Source of the DNA: an uncultured Methanosarcinales archaeon
GTDB lineage: Archaea > Nanobdellota > Nanobdellia > Woesearchaeales > UBA525
Assembly (NCBI GenBank): GCA_964589765.1
Contig: CAZPUM010000001.1
Coordinates: forward strand, 29,118-93,117
DNA: 64,000 bases
Direction of reading: 5' to 3'
Of this stretch, positions 37,146 to 46,367 are shown one piece after another. How positions within the stretch are numbered: the stretch's first letter is position 1; the number at the start of each line of letters is the position of its first letter. The position numbers and the translations under genes were made by a program. The notes below the pieces were generated by a model, which had not been told where the DNA came from, did not search any database, and worked only from the letters and a program-made list of their open reading frames with translations.

Positions 37146-37201
37146 TTGTTTTCCTCCAAGACCCTATAAACCCTCACGCGTCGCCGCAATGGGTGGGTCT
37201 C

Positions 37202-37471
37202 CTACTTGTTTCGTGCCTTTCTTTTGAAAAGGTTACGCATTGCGGTACTCGACAACATTCCTGCGAATGGCCTGGAAGGAACCTTCTGACTCCTTGTCAG
37301 TTTCTTCAATTTCCCAGGCCTCTCACGGGCAACACCATGAAGCTCTTCGCCGGTCTCTGCACAGTGCGCCTTTTTCGGCTTTCGCAGAGTGTGCCTGAGG
37401 ACATTCTTGCCTCCAGGAGTGCGTACGCGCTTCCTAGCGTATGTTCTTGAACGGAATTTGCCGCTTACCAT
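37202..37471 (-). CDS. rpl34e: Ribosomal protein eL34 (L34e).
   Basis: RSRTYARKRVRTPGGKNV...C..TG..L.G signature. Confidence 0.85.
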   Translation of the reverse strand: MVSGKFRSRTYARKRVRTPGGKNVLRHTLRKPKKAHCAETGEELHGVARERPGKLKKLTRSQKVPSRPFAGMLSSTAMRNLFKRKARNK

Positions 37472-37486
37472 ATAATCGCAGAAACT

Positions 37487-37514
37487 CCAAACGGTTTATA
37501 AAGGTATTGTTTGG
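37487..37514 (-). promoter_or_regulatory. Ribosomal-protein promoter: TATA (TTTATAAA) inside a 28-bp inverted repeat, about 25 nt upstream of the eL34 ATG (leaderless); coordinates approximate.
   Basis: CCAAACGGTTTATAAAGGTATTGTTTGG. A near-identical element precedes the uL3 operon at about 56591. Confidence 0.45.
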
Positions 37515-37576
37515 CTCTCGACGAGAACAAATCTTACTCAACGGCCACCTTTCAATGAGCACCTGGTTTGGCGTAG

Positions 37577-38350
37577 CTAAGCCACATTCAACAGCTTCCT
37601 AAACCCTAAGCTGATAGGAATGCTGGATAATATGTAGTAGAATATCCACCCTGGCTTCCAGCCAAACAGTTGAAACCCTTCTCCACCCGGCAGAATTTTC
37701 TTGTTCCATACATTGAACTCTTTAACCACGCCCGACATTTTCTGCTCAGGAGGAAGGTAAGACCTCTCGGTAGTTATTAGCACCTGCCGTTCAAAAATCA
37801 CTCCCGCAACAGAAAGGTACAAGGTATGAGTTCCCTCTTCCCCAACAGCCCTCCACCCGGCAGTGCTCTGTTCAATCTGCTGTTCAGGATTTAGAATGTT
37901 AATTCCTGAACTTCCGTTCAGATAGACATTACCTGAGACACCATCCTCAAAGTTGGCTGTAACAGCAAACTCCTGCCCTGGCTCAATAGGATAGAACGCA
38001 AAGTGGTTACTCAGCCAGAAGAAAATAACCAAGAAAGGTATCATGGTAAACAGCAAGGGCTTGAAGCTCTGCTTCATCATGTCCAGTTGCATCGGCATCA
38101 TCTGGTTCTGGATCTTCATCACTCTGCCTGTATCACCTTTCTTCTGAGCCTCACGAATCTGTTTCTGATACTTTTTAGTATCCGCCTTCAACCTCTTTAG
38201 CTTGGCCTGGTCAGTAGCATACTTCTGAATAAGAATGCTGACCAGCCCCAGAAATGCGGATAGTATCAGGATGGCCAAAAGAGAAGGTATGTCCAACAGC
38301 CAACCAAATACAGGATTTAGCATCATATCGATTATCTGTTGAAACGCCAT
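37577..38350 (-). CDS. DUF106 (archaeal YidC/Oxa1-like, EMC3/TMCO1 family) membrane protein with an extended extracytoplasmic insertion.
   Basis: TM1, coiled-coil (KLKRLKADTKKYQKQIREAQKK), TM2 and TM3 topology typical of DUF106, adjacent to secY. An insert of about 100 aa lies between TM2 and TM3. Confidence 0.65.
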   Translation of the reverse strand: MAFQQIIDMMLNPVFGWLLDIPSLLAILILSAFLGLVSILIQKYATDQAKLKRLKADTKKYQKQIREAQKKGDTGRVMKIQNQMMPMQLDMMKQSFKPLLFTMIPFLVIFFWLSNHFAFYPIEPGQEFAVTANFEDGVSGNVYLNGSSGINILNPEQQIEQSTAGWRAVGEEGTHTLYLSVAGVIFERQVLITTERSYLPPEQKMSGVVKEFNVWNKKILPGGEGFQLFGWKPGWIFYYILSSIPISLGFRKLLNVA

Positions 38351-38351
38351 T

Positions 38352-39683
38352 TTAACCTGCCATGAACTTTCTCATAGCTGGATTGAAATCCATCATGTGC
38401 TGTTGAGCGATATCCATGTACATCCTGTACACAATCATGACCGTCAGTAGGATACCTGTTCCGCTTCCAAGCGCACCTGTAAGGTCAGCAACGCTTGCCA
38501 GCAAACCTACAGCAAGACCTCCAAGTATTGTCAGAGGCCAGATGTACCTGTCTAGCATTCTCTGAAGAACACGAGGGTCCTTTCTGAAACCCGGAATCTG
38601 TAACCCTGAGTTCATTATCTGTTTAGCTTGAGATCTTGAGTCAAGACCTGCTGTCTGAACCCAGAAAGACGCAAATATAACGCTTCCAATCATGAACAGC
38701 AGAATGTATGTTAAAGCCTGCCCTATGGCCAAGAATGATAAACTTCCTTCTATTGTGAGTTGGATAATATTCTGTGGAGACACCCAATTAACCAGCGATT
38801 CTGCCCACCCTGTACCAACAAGTCTTGCCAAGAGTTGGACGTTCGCCAACAGTGCTGCCGTCAAAATAACAGGGATGTTGCTTGTGTAAAAGAAGCTCAA
38901 AGGCCACCTAATTCCGTGCCCGCGAATTCTCCCAAAGCTTAGAGGGATTTCCACTTTCATTGCCTGCGTATAAACAACAAACATGAAAACCACTATCGTT
39001 GCCAATATCGTGAAGAAAGCGATTGAAGCAACTATGGTGTCTCCTGCCTGCAGAGCTTGAACAAGTTCAAACACTTTACCAACAGAGTAGTTGGCACCTG
39101 CAGGGGTCACCCAGTTAAACAACTGGACAAATATAGACTGACTTACACCTGCAGCGATGAACAGAGATATTCCTGAACCAAAGCCCCACTTACTGGTGAC
39201 TTCGTCCATGAACATAATCATAACTCCTCCCAGGATAAGTTGGAATATCAAAATCCATGTACTGACTCCTGGCAAGGGCGACAGACCCCCAAGTTTAACA
39301 TAAACAATGGCTTCCAATATAACGAAACCATACGCAAGTAGCTTCTGAATACCCTGGTATCTCCTCTTTCCATCAGGGCTGGATAAATCGAAATTTACGA
39401 GTCCTGAACCATTAAGCAACTGCAAAACGATGCTTGCGGTTACGATAGGACCAATACCAAGACTCAATACTGAACCAAAACTTGCTCCCAACACTGTACT
39501 TAGGAACTCAAAGTTTGCGAGTGCGTTCTGTCCTAGACCAAACAAAGGAATCAAACTAAGCGTGAAAAACAGAACCAGAATGATTCCCGTCCATTTCAGC
39601 TTCTCTTTGAAAGATAGCTTTTTCTGGGTCGGTCCCTGCACTTCAGGGAGGTGTGAGATAATCGTGTCGAGTAAGTCTGCCAA
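38352..39683 (-). CDS. secY: Preprotein translocase subunit SecY.
   Basis: 10-TM SecY/Sec61alpha with typical N-terminal and plug regions. Confidence 0.9.
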   Translation of the reverse strand: MADLLDTIISHLPEVQGPTQKKLSFKEKLKWTGIILVLFFTLSLIPLFGLGQNALANFEFLSTVLGASFGSVLSLGIGPIVTASIVLQLLNGSGLVNFDLSSPDGKRRYQGIQKLLAYGFVILEAIVYVKLGGLSPLPGVSTWILIFQLILGGVMIMFMDEVTSKWGFGSGISLFIAAGVSQSIFVQLFNWVTPAGANYSVGKVFELVQALQAGDTIVASIAFFTILATIVVFMFVVYTQAMKVEIPLSFGRIRGHGIRWPLSFFYTSNIPVILTAALLANVQLLARLVGTGWAESLVNWVSPQNIIQLTIEGSLSFLAIGQALTYILLFMIGSVIFASFWVQTAGLDSRSQAKQIMNSGLQIPGFRKDPRVLQRMLDRYIWPLTILGGLAVGLLASVADLTGALGSGTGILLTVMIVYRMYMDIAQQHMMDFNPAMRKFMAG

Positions 39684-39744
39684 TGTGCACCCCCTCTATT
39701 TCATGTTCGAGACAGTCCACGCTTTAAAAACATTATCCCTCAAA

Positions 39745-39756
39745 GCCCTTATAAAG
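39745..39756 (+). promoter_or_regulatory. BRE/TATA element CCCTTATAAAGC about 25 nt upstream of the Cys-rich surface-protein gene; coordinates approximate.
   Basis: The same 12-mer as upstream of Sec61beta. Confidence 0.35.
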
Positions 39757-39778
39757 CACGACGGCAAATAAACTCTTT

Positions 39779-41443
39779 ATGAAGAAGGGAAGCCCTCCTA
39801 TGCCTGTCTTATTGGTTTTGGCCACGTCTCTCTTAGTTGCGGGCATTCTGACCACTTACACTGCAGGAATCTATGCCTCTACAACGGTGTTTGGAGTGGG
39901 AATTCTACTGTTCTTCGGCATAGCACTTTACAATACAAAGATAGATGCGGGAAAACCCACAGCAATAGTCAGCATAACCGTTGCTGTGGTGTTGGCCATA
40001 ATTATGGCATCAACATTGTTCACAATTGTCCAGACTACCATTCCTGTCTGCGGTGATGGCATTTGCGCACCGTACGAGTGCGACGAGAATTGTGAAGACT
40101 GCACTCCTGACGATTGTCTAAACGGCATATGTCAAAGACCACTTGAGACTTGCGAGAACAGCCCTGACTGTTCTTGTCCGGGCGGAACTATCTGTGTTCC
40201 GGAAAGACCGGGAGTGGACCCTACAGGTTGCTTCTGGATTAAGTGTGGCGACAATTATTGCGACAAAGGAGAGTCCTCAAAAAACTGTTGTTCCGATTGT
40301 AAATGCGAAGCAGGGTATGAATGTAGACAAAATCAATGTTTCTTTTTACCGCCTAAGATGGCTTTCAACACTTTCCTTTTCAGCGATGAAATCGGTGCCA
40401 GCACTTTAGCTGCCAACCCCAACCTGAGAAATGAATCAGGAACCCCCCACCCCTTGGTGGCATTGGATTTGACAAACCAAGGAAGCTTCGCATCAGATGT
40501 TAGAGTCAGATTCAAGCTAGATGAGGTTTTTGAAGAGAGTTTTTCAGTGGGTTCTATGGATAAAGGAGACAACAAAGATGTTTTGTGGTTCCTTGACGAA
40601 ACCCCTCTTTATCTCTCGATTGTAGAAGATATTGATACAAACATAACTGTGACTGTAGAGTACACGACAACTGAAAATATTAGGAACTCTTTCAGCGTTA
40701 ACTATCCAATCAAAATTTTAAACAGAGGCAAACTTGATGATATTGGGGAGCTCGCATACTACGTAACCAAGGATATCAAACCAAATGGTAAAACCATAGA
40801 TATGATTTGGGAAGAATACAGAAAACAACTAGAACTCAGACCTAATGATGGAATTATTCAGTATCCTTTAGAGACTCTTATTTATGGCGGAGGCGACGAT
40901 AAAGACTTAGCCGTTTTCTTTGCCAGCGCTTTTTATGGTGCGGGAAAAATTACCCAGTTTGCCAACACAACTGATGGGATGATGCTTTGGGTAAGGTACA
41001 GAGGTAATTACGAAGTACTTGATACAAGACACGTTGACTTAAATTTTGCTAAGGCGCTTGACTCGCGACCGGAACGTACCACATTGAGCAGTTTCGATGA
41101 GGTTTGGGAAATGCACAGCATAGAACCGACAACATTTGACGCGAGAATGCTTCCTGGAATGAAAATAATCTCCTCATCAGAGGTTAGCCAGGAATGTGAC
41201 TGTGTAAGCTATTGCGGTCAAAAGGTTGAAGCAATCCACAAGATTATCAACCGAGGCTTGGTTAAATCAAAACTCTGCGCCAAATCTACAATAGAACTTA
41301 ACGATGAAATTCTCAACCAAAAAGAATGGTGTTTTTCTGTAAGCCCCGAACATTTAATCTCACTAGAACACCTATGGAAAAGCAACTCAACATGTCAAGA
41401 TGTTGATGTAGAAATCAAAGTGTGGAACGCTACCTTTTCATGA
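39779..41443 (+). CDS. Membrane-anchored (3 N-terminal TM) Cys-rich surface protein with CGDGIC-type repeats and a C-terminal globular domain.
   Basis: Three TM helices. Repeats CGDGICAPYECDENCEDCTPDDC.../...CKCEAGYEC. The C-terminal region has transglutaminase-like spacing (AVFFASAFYGAGKI...MMLWVRY) without an obvious catalytic Cys. Confidence 0.55.
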   Translation: MKKGSPPMPVLLVLATSLLVAGILTTYTAGIYASTTVFGVGILLFFGIALYNTKIDAGKPTAIVSITVAVVLAIIMASTLFTIVQTTIPVCGDGICAPYECDENCEDCTPDDCLNGICQRPLETCENSPDCSCPGGTICVPERPGVDPTGCFWIKCGDNYCDKGESSKNCCSDCKCEAGYECRQNQCFFLPPKMAFNTFLFSDEIGASTLAANPNLRNESGTPHPLVALDLTNQGSFASDVRVRFKLDEVFEESFSVGSMDKGDNKDVLWFLDETPLYLSIVEDIDTNITVTVEYTTTENIRNSFSVNYPIKILNRGKLDDIGELAYYVTKDIKPNGKTIDMIWEEYRKQLELRPNDGIIQYPLETLIYGGGDDKDLAVFFASAFYGAGKITQFANTTDGMMLWVRYRGNYEVLDTRHVDLNFAKALDSRPERTTLSSFDEVWEMHSIEPTTFDARMLPGMKIISSSEVSQECDCVSYCGQKVEAIHKIINRGLVKSKLCAKSTIELNDEILNQKEWCFSVSPEHLISLEHLWKSNSTCQDVDVEIKVWNATFS

Positions 41444-41966
41444 GATAATCTCTAAGTTTGTCAAGTGCAATGCGCCTATGACTAATATTGTTTTTCATCT
41501 CCTTGGACATCTGTGCATACGAAAGACAAAATCCATCAGGTTGAAAGACAGGGTCCCAACCAAAATCAGTTTCGCCTTTAGGAGAGACAATCCTTCCGTT
41601 TACAACGCCCTCGAAAAAATAGATTTCCCCAGAATCATATAACCCCATAGTACATCTTGCCTGTGCACCATACTCACCAAATTTTTCAGCAATCTTGAAT
41701 AGGTGTGGAGCTCCACCATGGTTCATAAACCACTTTATCAACGGTCCGGGCAGTCCATTCAAACAATCCATATGAAGACTCGTGTCCTCAACTATCAAGG
41801 GCCCCTTATGATGTATGATTGCAGATTCTAGTTTTGCTCGTATAACCTCTTCAGGGTCGGAACTTTGAATCTCAGCAAGGTTTAAATCCAGATGAATCAC
41901 GTCACCCAAAATTGCTCTTACCTCTTTTAGTTTGTTAGGATTTCCAGTAATGAAGTACAAAGTCAT
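41430..41966 (-). CDS. Non-canonical purine NTP pyrophosphatase (HAM1/RdgB, ITPase).
   Basis: ITGNPNKLKE motif and HAM1 fold length. Internal ATG (MTLYFITGN) chosen to avoid overlap with the ABC gene. Confidence 0.8.
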   Translation of the reverse strand: MTLYFITGNPNKLKEVRAILGDVIHLDLNLAEIQSSDPEEVIRAKLESAIIHHKGPLIVEDTSLHMDCLNGLPGPLIKWFMNHGGAPHLFKIAEKFGEYGAQARCTMGLYDSGEIYFFEGVVNGRIVSPKGETDFGWDPVFQPDGFCLSYAQMSKEMKNNISHRRIALDKLRDYLMKR

Positions 41967-42001
41967 AATCAAATAGAAAAAAAGAGGAGTGATAAAGTTT
42001 A

Positions 42002-43807
42002 CTACTTCACGTAACCGCCCTTCTGTAGGTTCCACAGTTTTTTGTACTGGCCTTCTTGTTTAATCAGATGGCTATGCTTGCCAACCTGTACAATATTTCC
42101 CTTGTCAAGCACGACTATCTTGTCTGCGTGCATGATTGTGGAAAGTCTGTGCGCGATGATTAGTGAAGTCCTTCCTTCCATCAGTCTTTCAAGGTCCTTC
42201 TGAATCTCATGTTCAGTCTCACTGTCCAATGCTGATGTCGCCTCGTCCAGAACAAGTATCTTCTTGTTGGCAAGGAGTGCTCGTGCAATTCCTACACGTT
42301 GCTTCTCTCCGCCCGACAGTCTGACACCTCGCTCTCCAACAATTGTGTACTCCTTTTTGGGCATGTCAACAATCACTTTGTCCAGTTGGGCAAACTTAAT
42401 CGCTTTCCACACCTGTTCACGGCTCGCCGTGGGGTTGCTGAACCTGATGTTGTTCCAAATAGTGTCATCGAACAACACAGATTCCTGTGGCACAATTGAC
42501 AGTTCAGCACGTAGTGAGTCCTGCTTCAGGTTCCTGATGTCCTTGTTGTCAATCAGGATGCTTCCTTCATCAACGTCGTACAGTCTGTACAGCAACTTCA
42601 CCAAGGTAGACTTTCCGCTTCCTGAGTGTCCTACAAAAGCCACTTTCTGGTTTGGCTCAATTTTCAGGTTGAAGTTCCTGAAAACAAACCTTTTGTAGTA
42701 TTTGAACCCCATATCACGGAACTCAATCTTTCCTTTTCTGACTTTCAGCACTTTCGAATCGTGCTTGTCTTTGATTTCGTTCTCGTACTTTTCATACTCG
42801 AATATACTCTCAAAGTCAGCCATACTGCGGGTGAAGTTTCTGATTCCGTGCATGAAACCGAACAGAGGTCCCAGCAGAGATGTGTACACCGTGTAGATGA
42901 ACGCAACATCTCCTACTGTGGCTTTACCGTTCAGGAGGTCCATTATTGGAAGCGCAACTACGAAGAAGGCTCCTAACCCCAGGATAAATGCGTGTCCCGC
43001 ATCCAGCCACCTAAAGTAACCCCATAACCTGTAAAACGCATCTCTTGTCTGGTGCGTTAGGCCAAGGAAGTTTCTTTTGACGGTTTTCTCCTTTCCGTAG
43101 TACTTTATGCTCTCTATGTTTGTGAAGTAGTCTGCCATAACAGCTTTCTCCACATCCTCCTTGTGGTTCGCAAGCACGTGTAAGTCCATCTGTTTGTTCT
43201 GAATTATGAGGCCCCATCCAAGGAACACCACAATCATTACTGTTATCACTATTGCAGATGTGACATTGACAGTCAGAAGAGCCGCAGCAGCCACTATGAA
43301 GAGGAATGTCATAGGCGCAAAGTTAAACACTATAACGTCTACTAATGCCTCCACAGAACGGCCTCCTCTGCTCATTCTGCTAATCATGCTTCCTGTCTTG
43401 TTTGTTGTGTGAAACCGATGGCTCAGGTGAATCAGGTGGTTGAAAAACCTCTTTTTCAGGTCAACAATAAGCCCGCTATCCAACTTGTTAATGAAATGGA
43501 TGTGAACAAATTTCAACACTGTCCTGACAACCAGCATTACGGCGAACACTGTAGCAACAATTCCTAGAATCACTAGGAAAGGGTCTGCTGACAGGGTTCC
43601 GGTCGCGTACTCTGTGCCATTATCGATAATAAGCTTGAACAGATATTTTTCCAACACATAGCTCGCTTCAATCACCAAGATGACTGCAAGCAGTGCGATG
43701 AATCGCCATCTGTAAGGCTTGACCATCGAATAGAGATTCCTCAGGTTCCGCCTGACATCAACCTTGAACTTCAGGTCTTCTTGCCGGTCTTCAGGTTCCA
43801 TTCCCAT
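42002..43807 (-). CDS. ABC transporter, fused permease-ATPase (type I exporter, MsbA-like).
   Basis: Six-TM domain plus a nucleotide-binding domain with Walker A GHSGSGKST, signature LSGGEKQR and Walker B ILVLDEATSALD. Confidence 0.85.
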   Translation of the reverse strand: MGMEPEDRQEDLKFKVDVRRNLRNLYSMVKPYRWRFIALLAVILVIEASYVLEKYLFKLIIDNGTEYATGTLSADPFLVILGIVATVFAVMLVVRTVLKFVHIHFINKLDSGLIVDLKKRFFNHLIHLSHRFHTTNKTGSMISRMSRGGRSVEALVDVIVFNFAPMTFLFIVAAAALLTVNVTSAIVITVMIVVFLGWGLIIQNKQMDLHVLANHKEDVEKAVMADYFTNIESIKYYGKEKTVKRNFLGLTHQTRDAFYRLWGYFRWLDAGHAFILGLGAFFVVALPIMDLLNGKATVGDVAFIYTVYTSLLGPLFGFMHGIRNFTRSMADFESIFEYEKYENEIKDKHDSKVLKVRKGKIEFRDMGFKYYKRFVFRNFNLKIEPNQKVAFVGHSGSGKSTLVKLLYRLYDVDEGSILIDNKDIRNLKQDSLRAELSIVPQESVLFDDTIWNNIRFSNPTASREQVWKAIKFAQLDKVIVDMPKKEYTIVGERGVRLSGGEKQRVGIARALLANKKILVLDEATSALDSETEHEIQKDLERLMEGRTSLIIAHRLSTIMHADKIVVLDKGNIVQVGKHSHLIKQEGQYKKLWNLQKGGYVK

Positions 43808-44084
43808 TGTTATTCACCTTAACATACCTTCATAGGTTTTATATTCTATCGTTGCCTTCCGAAGTACGAATGCCTGAACCTAACGCCATGTTTGGACGAT
43901 ATTACCGTATGCTCAAGTCGTACTCCGATATGGAAGATGAAGAACTAGAGATTACGGAGCCTGAACGTGACGATGGTACAGACCACGAACTACCAGTAGA
44001 TGCCCATGAGGAACGTTGGTAGTTTCATATTTCGTCACTCTCCGTAACCTGGAAGTGGCAACAGATCTTATTTAAGATTTTCTA

Positions 44085-44112
44085 TAAAAATTTCTCGACG
44101 AAAAAATAGACG
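44085..44112 (-). terminator. T-rich terminator region downstream of uL15.
   Basis: Minus-strand runs ctattttttcg and aaatttttatag lie 50-80 nt after the uL15 stop. Confidence 0.35.
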
Positions 44113-44162
44113 GAGAATAATCACAAGAATTTAGTGTAACAGGTTAACGAGAATTGAGTTAA

Positions 44163-44672
44163 TCACTCCTCAACAACTTCTTCGGTCTCTGGTGCATCTT
44201 CAAAACTGTCTTCCTGACCAGTTACATACTCTGCCTCTAGAACTCCGCCTGCTTTCTTGAGCTTCTCTTCCGCTTTAGGAGATGCAAACTTGACGCTGAC
44301 AGAAAGCTTCTGTGTGACTTTCCCAGCACCCAGTAGTTTTGTGTATCCGAGCTGTCTCAAGTTAACAATGACTTTGCCATCTTTCTCAAGAGCCTTACCT
44401 GAACGAACAAGCGCAGGCACAATCGAGTTGAGATGTCCTACGTTAATTGTGACCTCAACAGTCTCATAGGATGTAAATCCGCGCTTGGATGGGTCCTTCC
44501 CTGACTTGTACTCCTTCCATACAGAGGGCTTCTTTGCGTCTCCTTTTGCTCCGGTTCCGGCCATTCCGCGACCTCCGCGGTTTCCTGCACCACGGTGCTT
44601 CTTCATAGAACCCCAACCGTGTGTGGTTGAGCGACGCTGTCTAACATTTTTCTTGCGGTGGCGAACAACCAT
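44163..44672 (-). CDS. rpl15: Ribosomal protein uL15.
   Basis: G/R-rich N-terminus (HGWGSMKKHRGAGNRGGRG), typical of L15. Confidence 0.85.
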   Translation of the reverse strand: MVVRHRKKNVRQRRSTTHGWGSMKKHRGAGNRGGRGMAGTGAKGDAKKPSVWKEYKSGKDPSKRGFTSYETVEVTINVGHLNSIVPALVRSGKALEKDGKVIVNLRQLGYTKLLGAGKVTQKLSVSVKFASPKAEEKLKKAGGVLEAEYVTGQEDSFEDAPETEEVVEE

Positions 44673-45092
44673 TTACATCATCCTCCTTATCAGGTCGTCC
44701 ATGCTTGGCCTTTTGCCAAGGACGCCACCGTTTTGATAACTGACCTTAATACCCTTCCGGGAGAAACCACCGCGTGGCGGTGCTAGTCTGAAAACATTTT
44801 CACTGACGGGCTTTCTCTTTGCGGAAAGCTCTTTGATAACTTCAGGGCTGACCTCTCCGTAAGCCGTGAAATCTTTCACCTTTCTCAGAATCCCCTGATT
44901 CACCTTGTTGTCAGGAATGATTGCACAAACATGCTTTCTAAGTAGTTTTAGCGAGTCAAGCGCTTTTAGGATGTCGTGCCTTACGCCTATCTGGCGACCT
45001 CTGATTAGAATAACCGCAAACTGCTTTGCCTTTGGCGCAGGTTTCTCCACTGGCGCCGGCTTCTCTGTTTTTTTCTCTTCGGTCATAATCAC
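44673..45092 (-). CDS. rpl30: Ribosomal protein uL30.
   Basis: Archaeal L30 core (FAVILIRGRQIGVRHDILKAL). Confidence 0.85.
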   Translation of the reverse strand: MIMTEEKKTEKPAPVEKPAPKAKQFAVILIRGRQIGVRHDILKALDSLKLLRKHVCAIIPDNKVNQGILRKVKDFTAYGEVSPEVIKELSAKRKPVSENVFRLAPPRGGFSRKGIKVSYQNGGVLGKRPSMDDLIRRMM

Positions 45093-45871
45093 TCACTCGC
45101 TTCTGCCTGAATCTCTTCAGGAGTCTCAATCTTCTTGGTATTTTTCTTCTCACTACCATCTATAACAAGATGCTGTGCTTTGTAAGCCTCTGACATCTTC
45201 ATCTTGTTCAATTGACGAAGTGCTTTCTCACAAGCTTTAATCAGGTTGGTCTTAGTTTTTGTTTGGCCTAAGGTCTTACTCCAGACATTCTTAACGCCTG
45301 CGAGTGCTAAAATCTTTGCCACTTCTTTCTCAGTTGCAAGACCTTTACCTTTAGGTGCGGGCAACAATCTAAGAATGACGCTTCCGCACTTGCCTTCAAC
45401 AGCAAATGGCAGACTGTGTCCTGTCTCTGCCTTATCTTCCCAGCTTCCAACTCCACGTCGGATTTTAAAGAGGTTAAGCTTTGCCTGTCGAATCGCTTTG
45501 TCTCTTGCAGGGACTGTTTCCTTGCTACTTCCAAATCCAATTCCGACGTGTCCATTCCTGTCACCTACAACTGCGGTAACGCTGAACTTTGGCTTGTTTC
45601 CTTCTTTGGTCTTTTTCTGGGTGTTTTTGAAAATCCTTCTCTGACCTCCTCCGAACTTACCCTTGGCCTGGCCAATTAGCAGGAAGTCCATTTCGAGGTT
45701 TGGTATTAACGCATCGATTATCTCAGGTTCCAGAATTCTCTCACCGGAGTCAAGAATCTTATCGATATCTTTAATCTCCTTGTTCTTTACCGCGCGACCC
45801 AGAGCGGTTTTTGGTTTCCACTCTGCCACGTCGAATTCGGGCATTGTTTCCTTTCTTTTTTGATACGCCAT
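45089..45871 (-). CDS. rps5: Ribosomal protein uS5 with a K/E-rich C-terminal tail.
   Basis: dsRBD plus S5 C-terminal domain (VTAVVGDRNGHVGIGFGSSKE). Confidence 0.9.
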   Translation of the reverse strand: MAYQKRKETMPEFDVAEWKPKTALGRAVKNKEIKDIDKILDSGERILEPEIIDALIPNLEMDFLLIGQAKGKFGGGQRRIFKNTQKKTKEGNKPKFSVTAVVGDRNGHVGIGFGSSKETVPARDKAIRQAKLNLFKIRRGVGSWEDKAETGHSLPFAVEGKCGSVILRLLPAPKGKGLATEKEVAKILALAGVKNVWSKTLGQTKTKTNLIKACEKALRQLNKMKMSEAYKAQHLVIDGSEKKNTKKIETPEEIQAEASE

Positions 45872-45875
45872 ATTT

Positions 45876-46367
45876 TCACTTCGTAATCTTGCCTTTCACA
45901 TCGGTCACCATCTTTGTGACCTTTTCATCGATGTGCTTTCCGTTAATGCGGTCGTCTGATGGAAGCGCTTCTTCACTGATGCGAACTTTCAGTCCGCCTT
46001 CGATTGCTCCTTTTGCTACCGCATAAATTCTGCCACCCTTGTGGTGCTTCTGCAGACCTATGTCAACAATGATTTCATCTTTGATGTTGCTCTTCTTTGC
46101 AAGAAGAATTCCTGTCAGGTATGCCGCAGGAGTGTTTCCTGTGTTTCCCTTCCAGCCAAGCTTCGATAAATCCGTCGCTCTTGCAGTCGCAAGTACTATG
46201 TCACCATCTTCATGATACTGAACCAACTGTGCTTGGACGCTTTTATTGCTACCTCTGACAACCAGTCGGGGTAAGTGGCTTTTCAGCAATGACAATCGCT
46301 TCTTATAATCCGTACGACCTTCACGCTTCCTCCTGTATGCTAGTACTCTTGCGCCCATTTTAATCAC
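45876..46367 (-). CDS. rpl18: Ribosomal protein uL18.
   Basis: L18/L5e signature (RLVVRGSNKSVQAQLV). Confidence 0.9.
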   Translation of the reverse strand: MIKMGARVLAYRRKREGRTDYKKRLSLLKSHLPRLVVRGSNKSVQAQLVQYHEDGDIVLATARATDLSKLGWKGNTGNTPAAYLTGILLAKKSNIKDEIIVDIGLQKHHKGGRIYAVAKGAIEGGLKVRISEEALPSDDRINGKHIDEKVTKMVTDVKGKITK

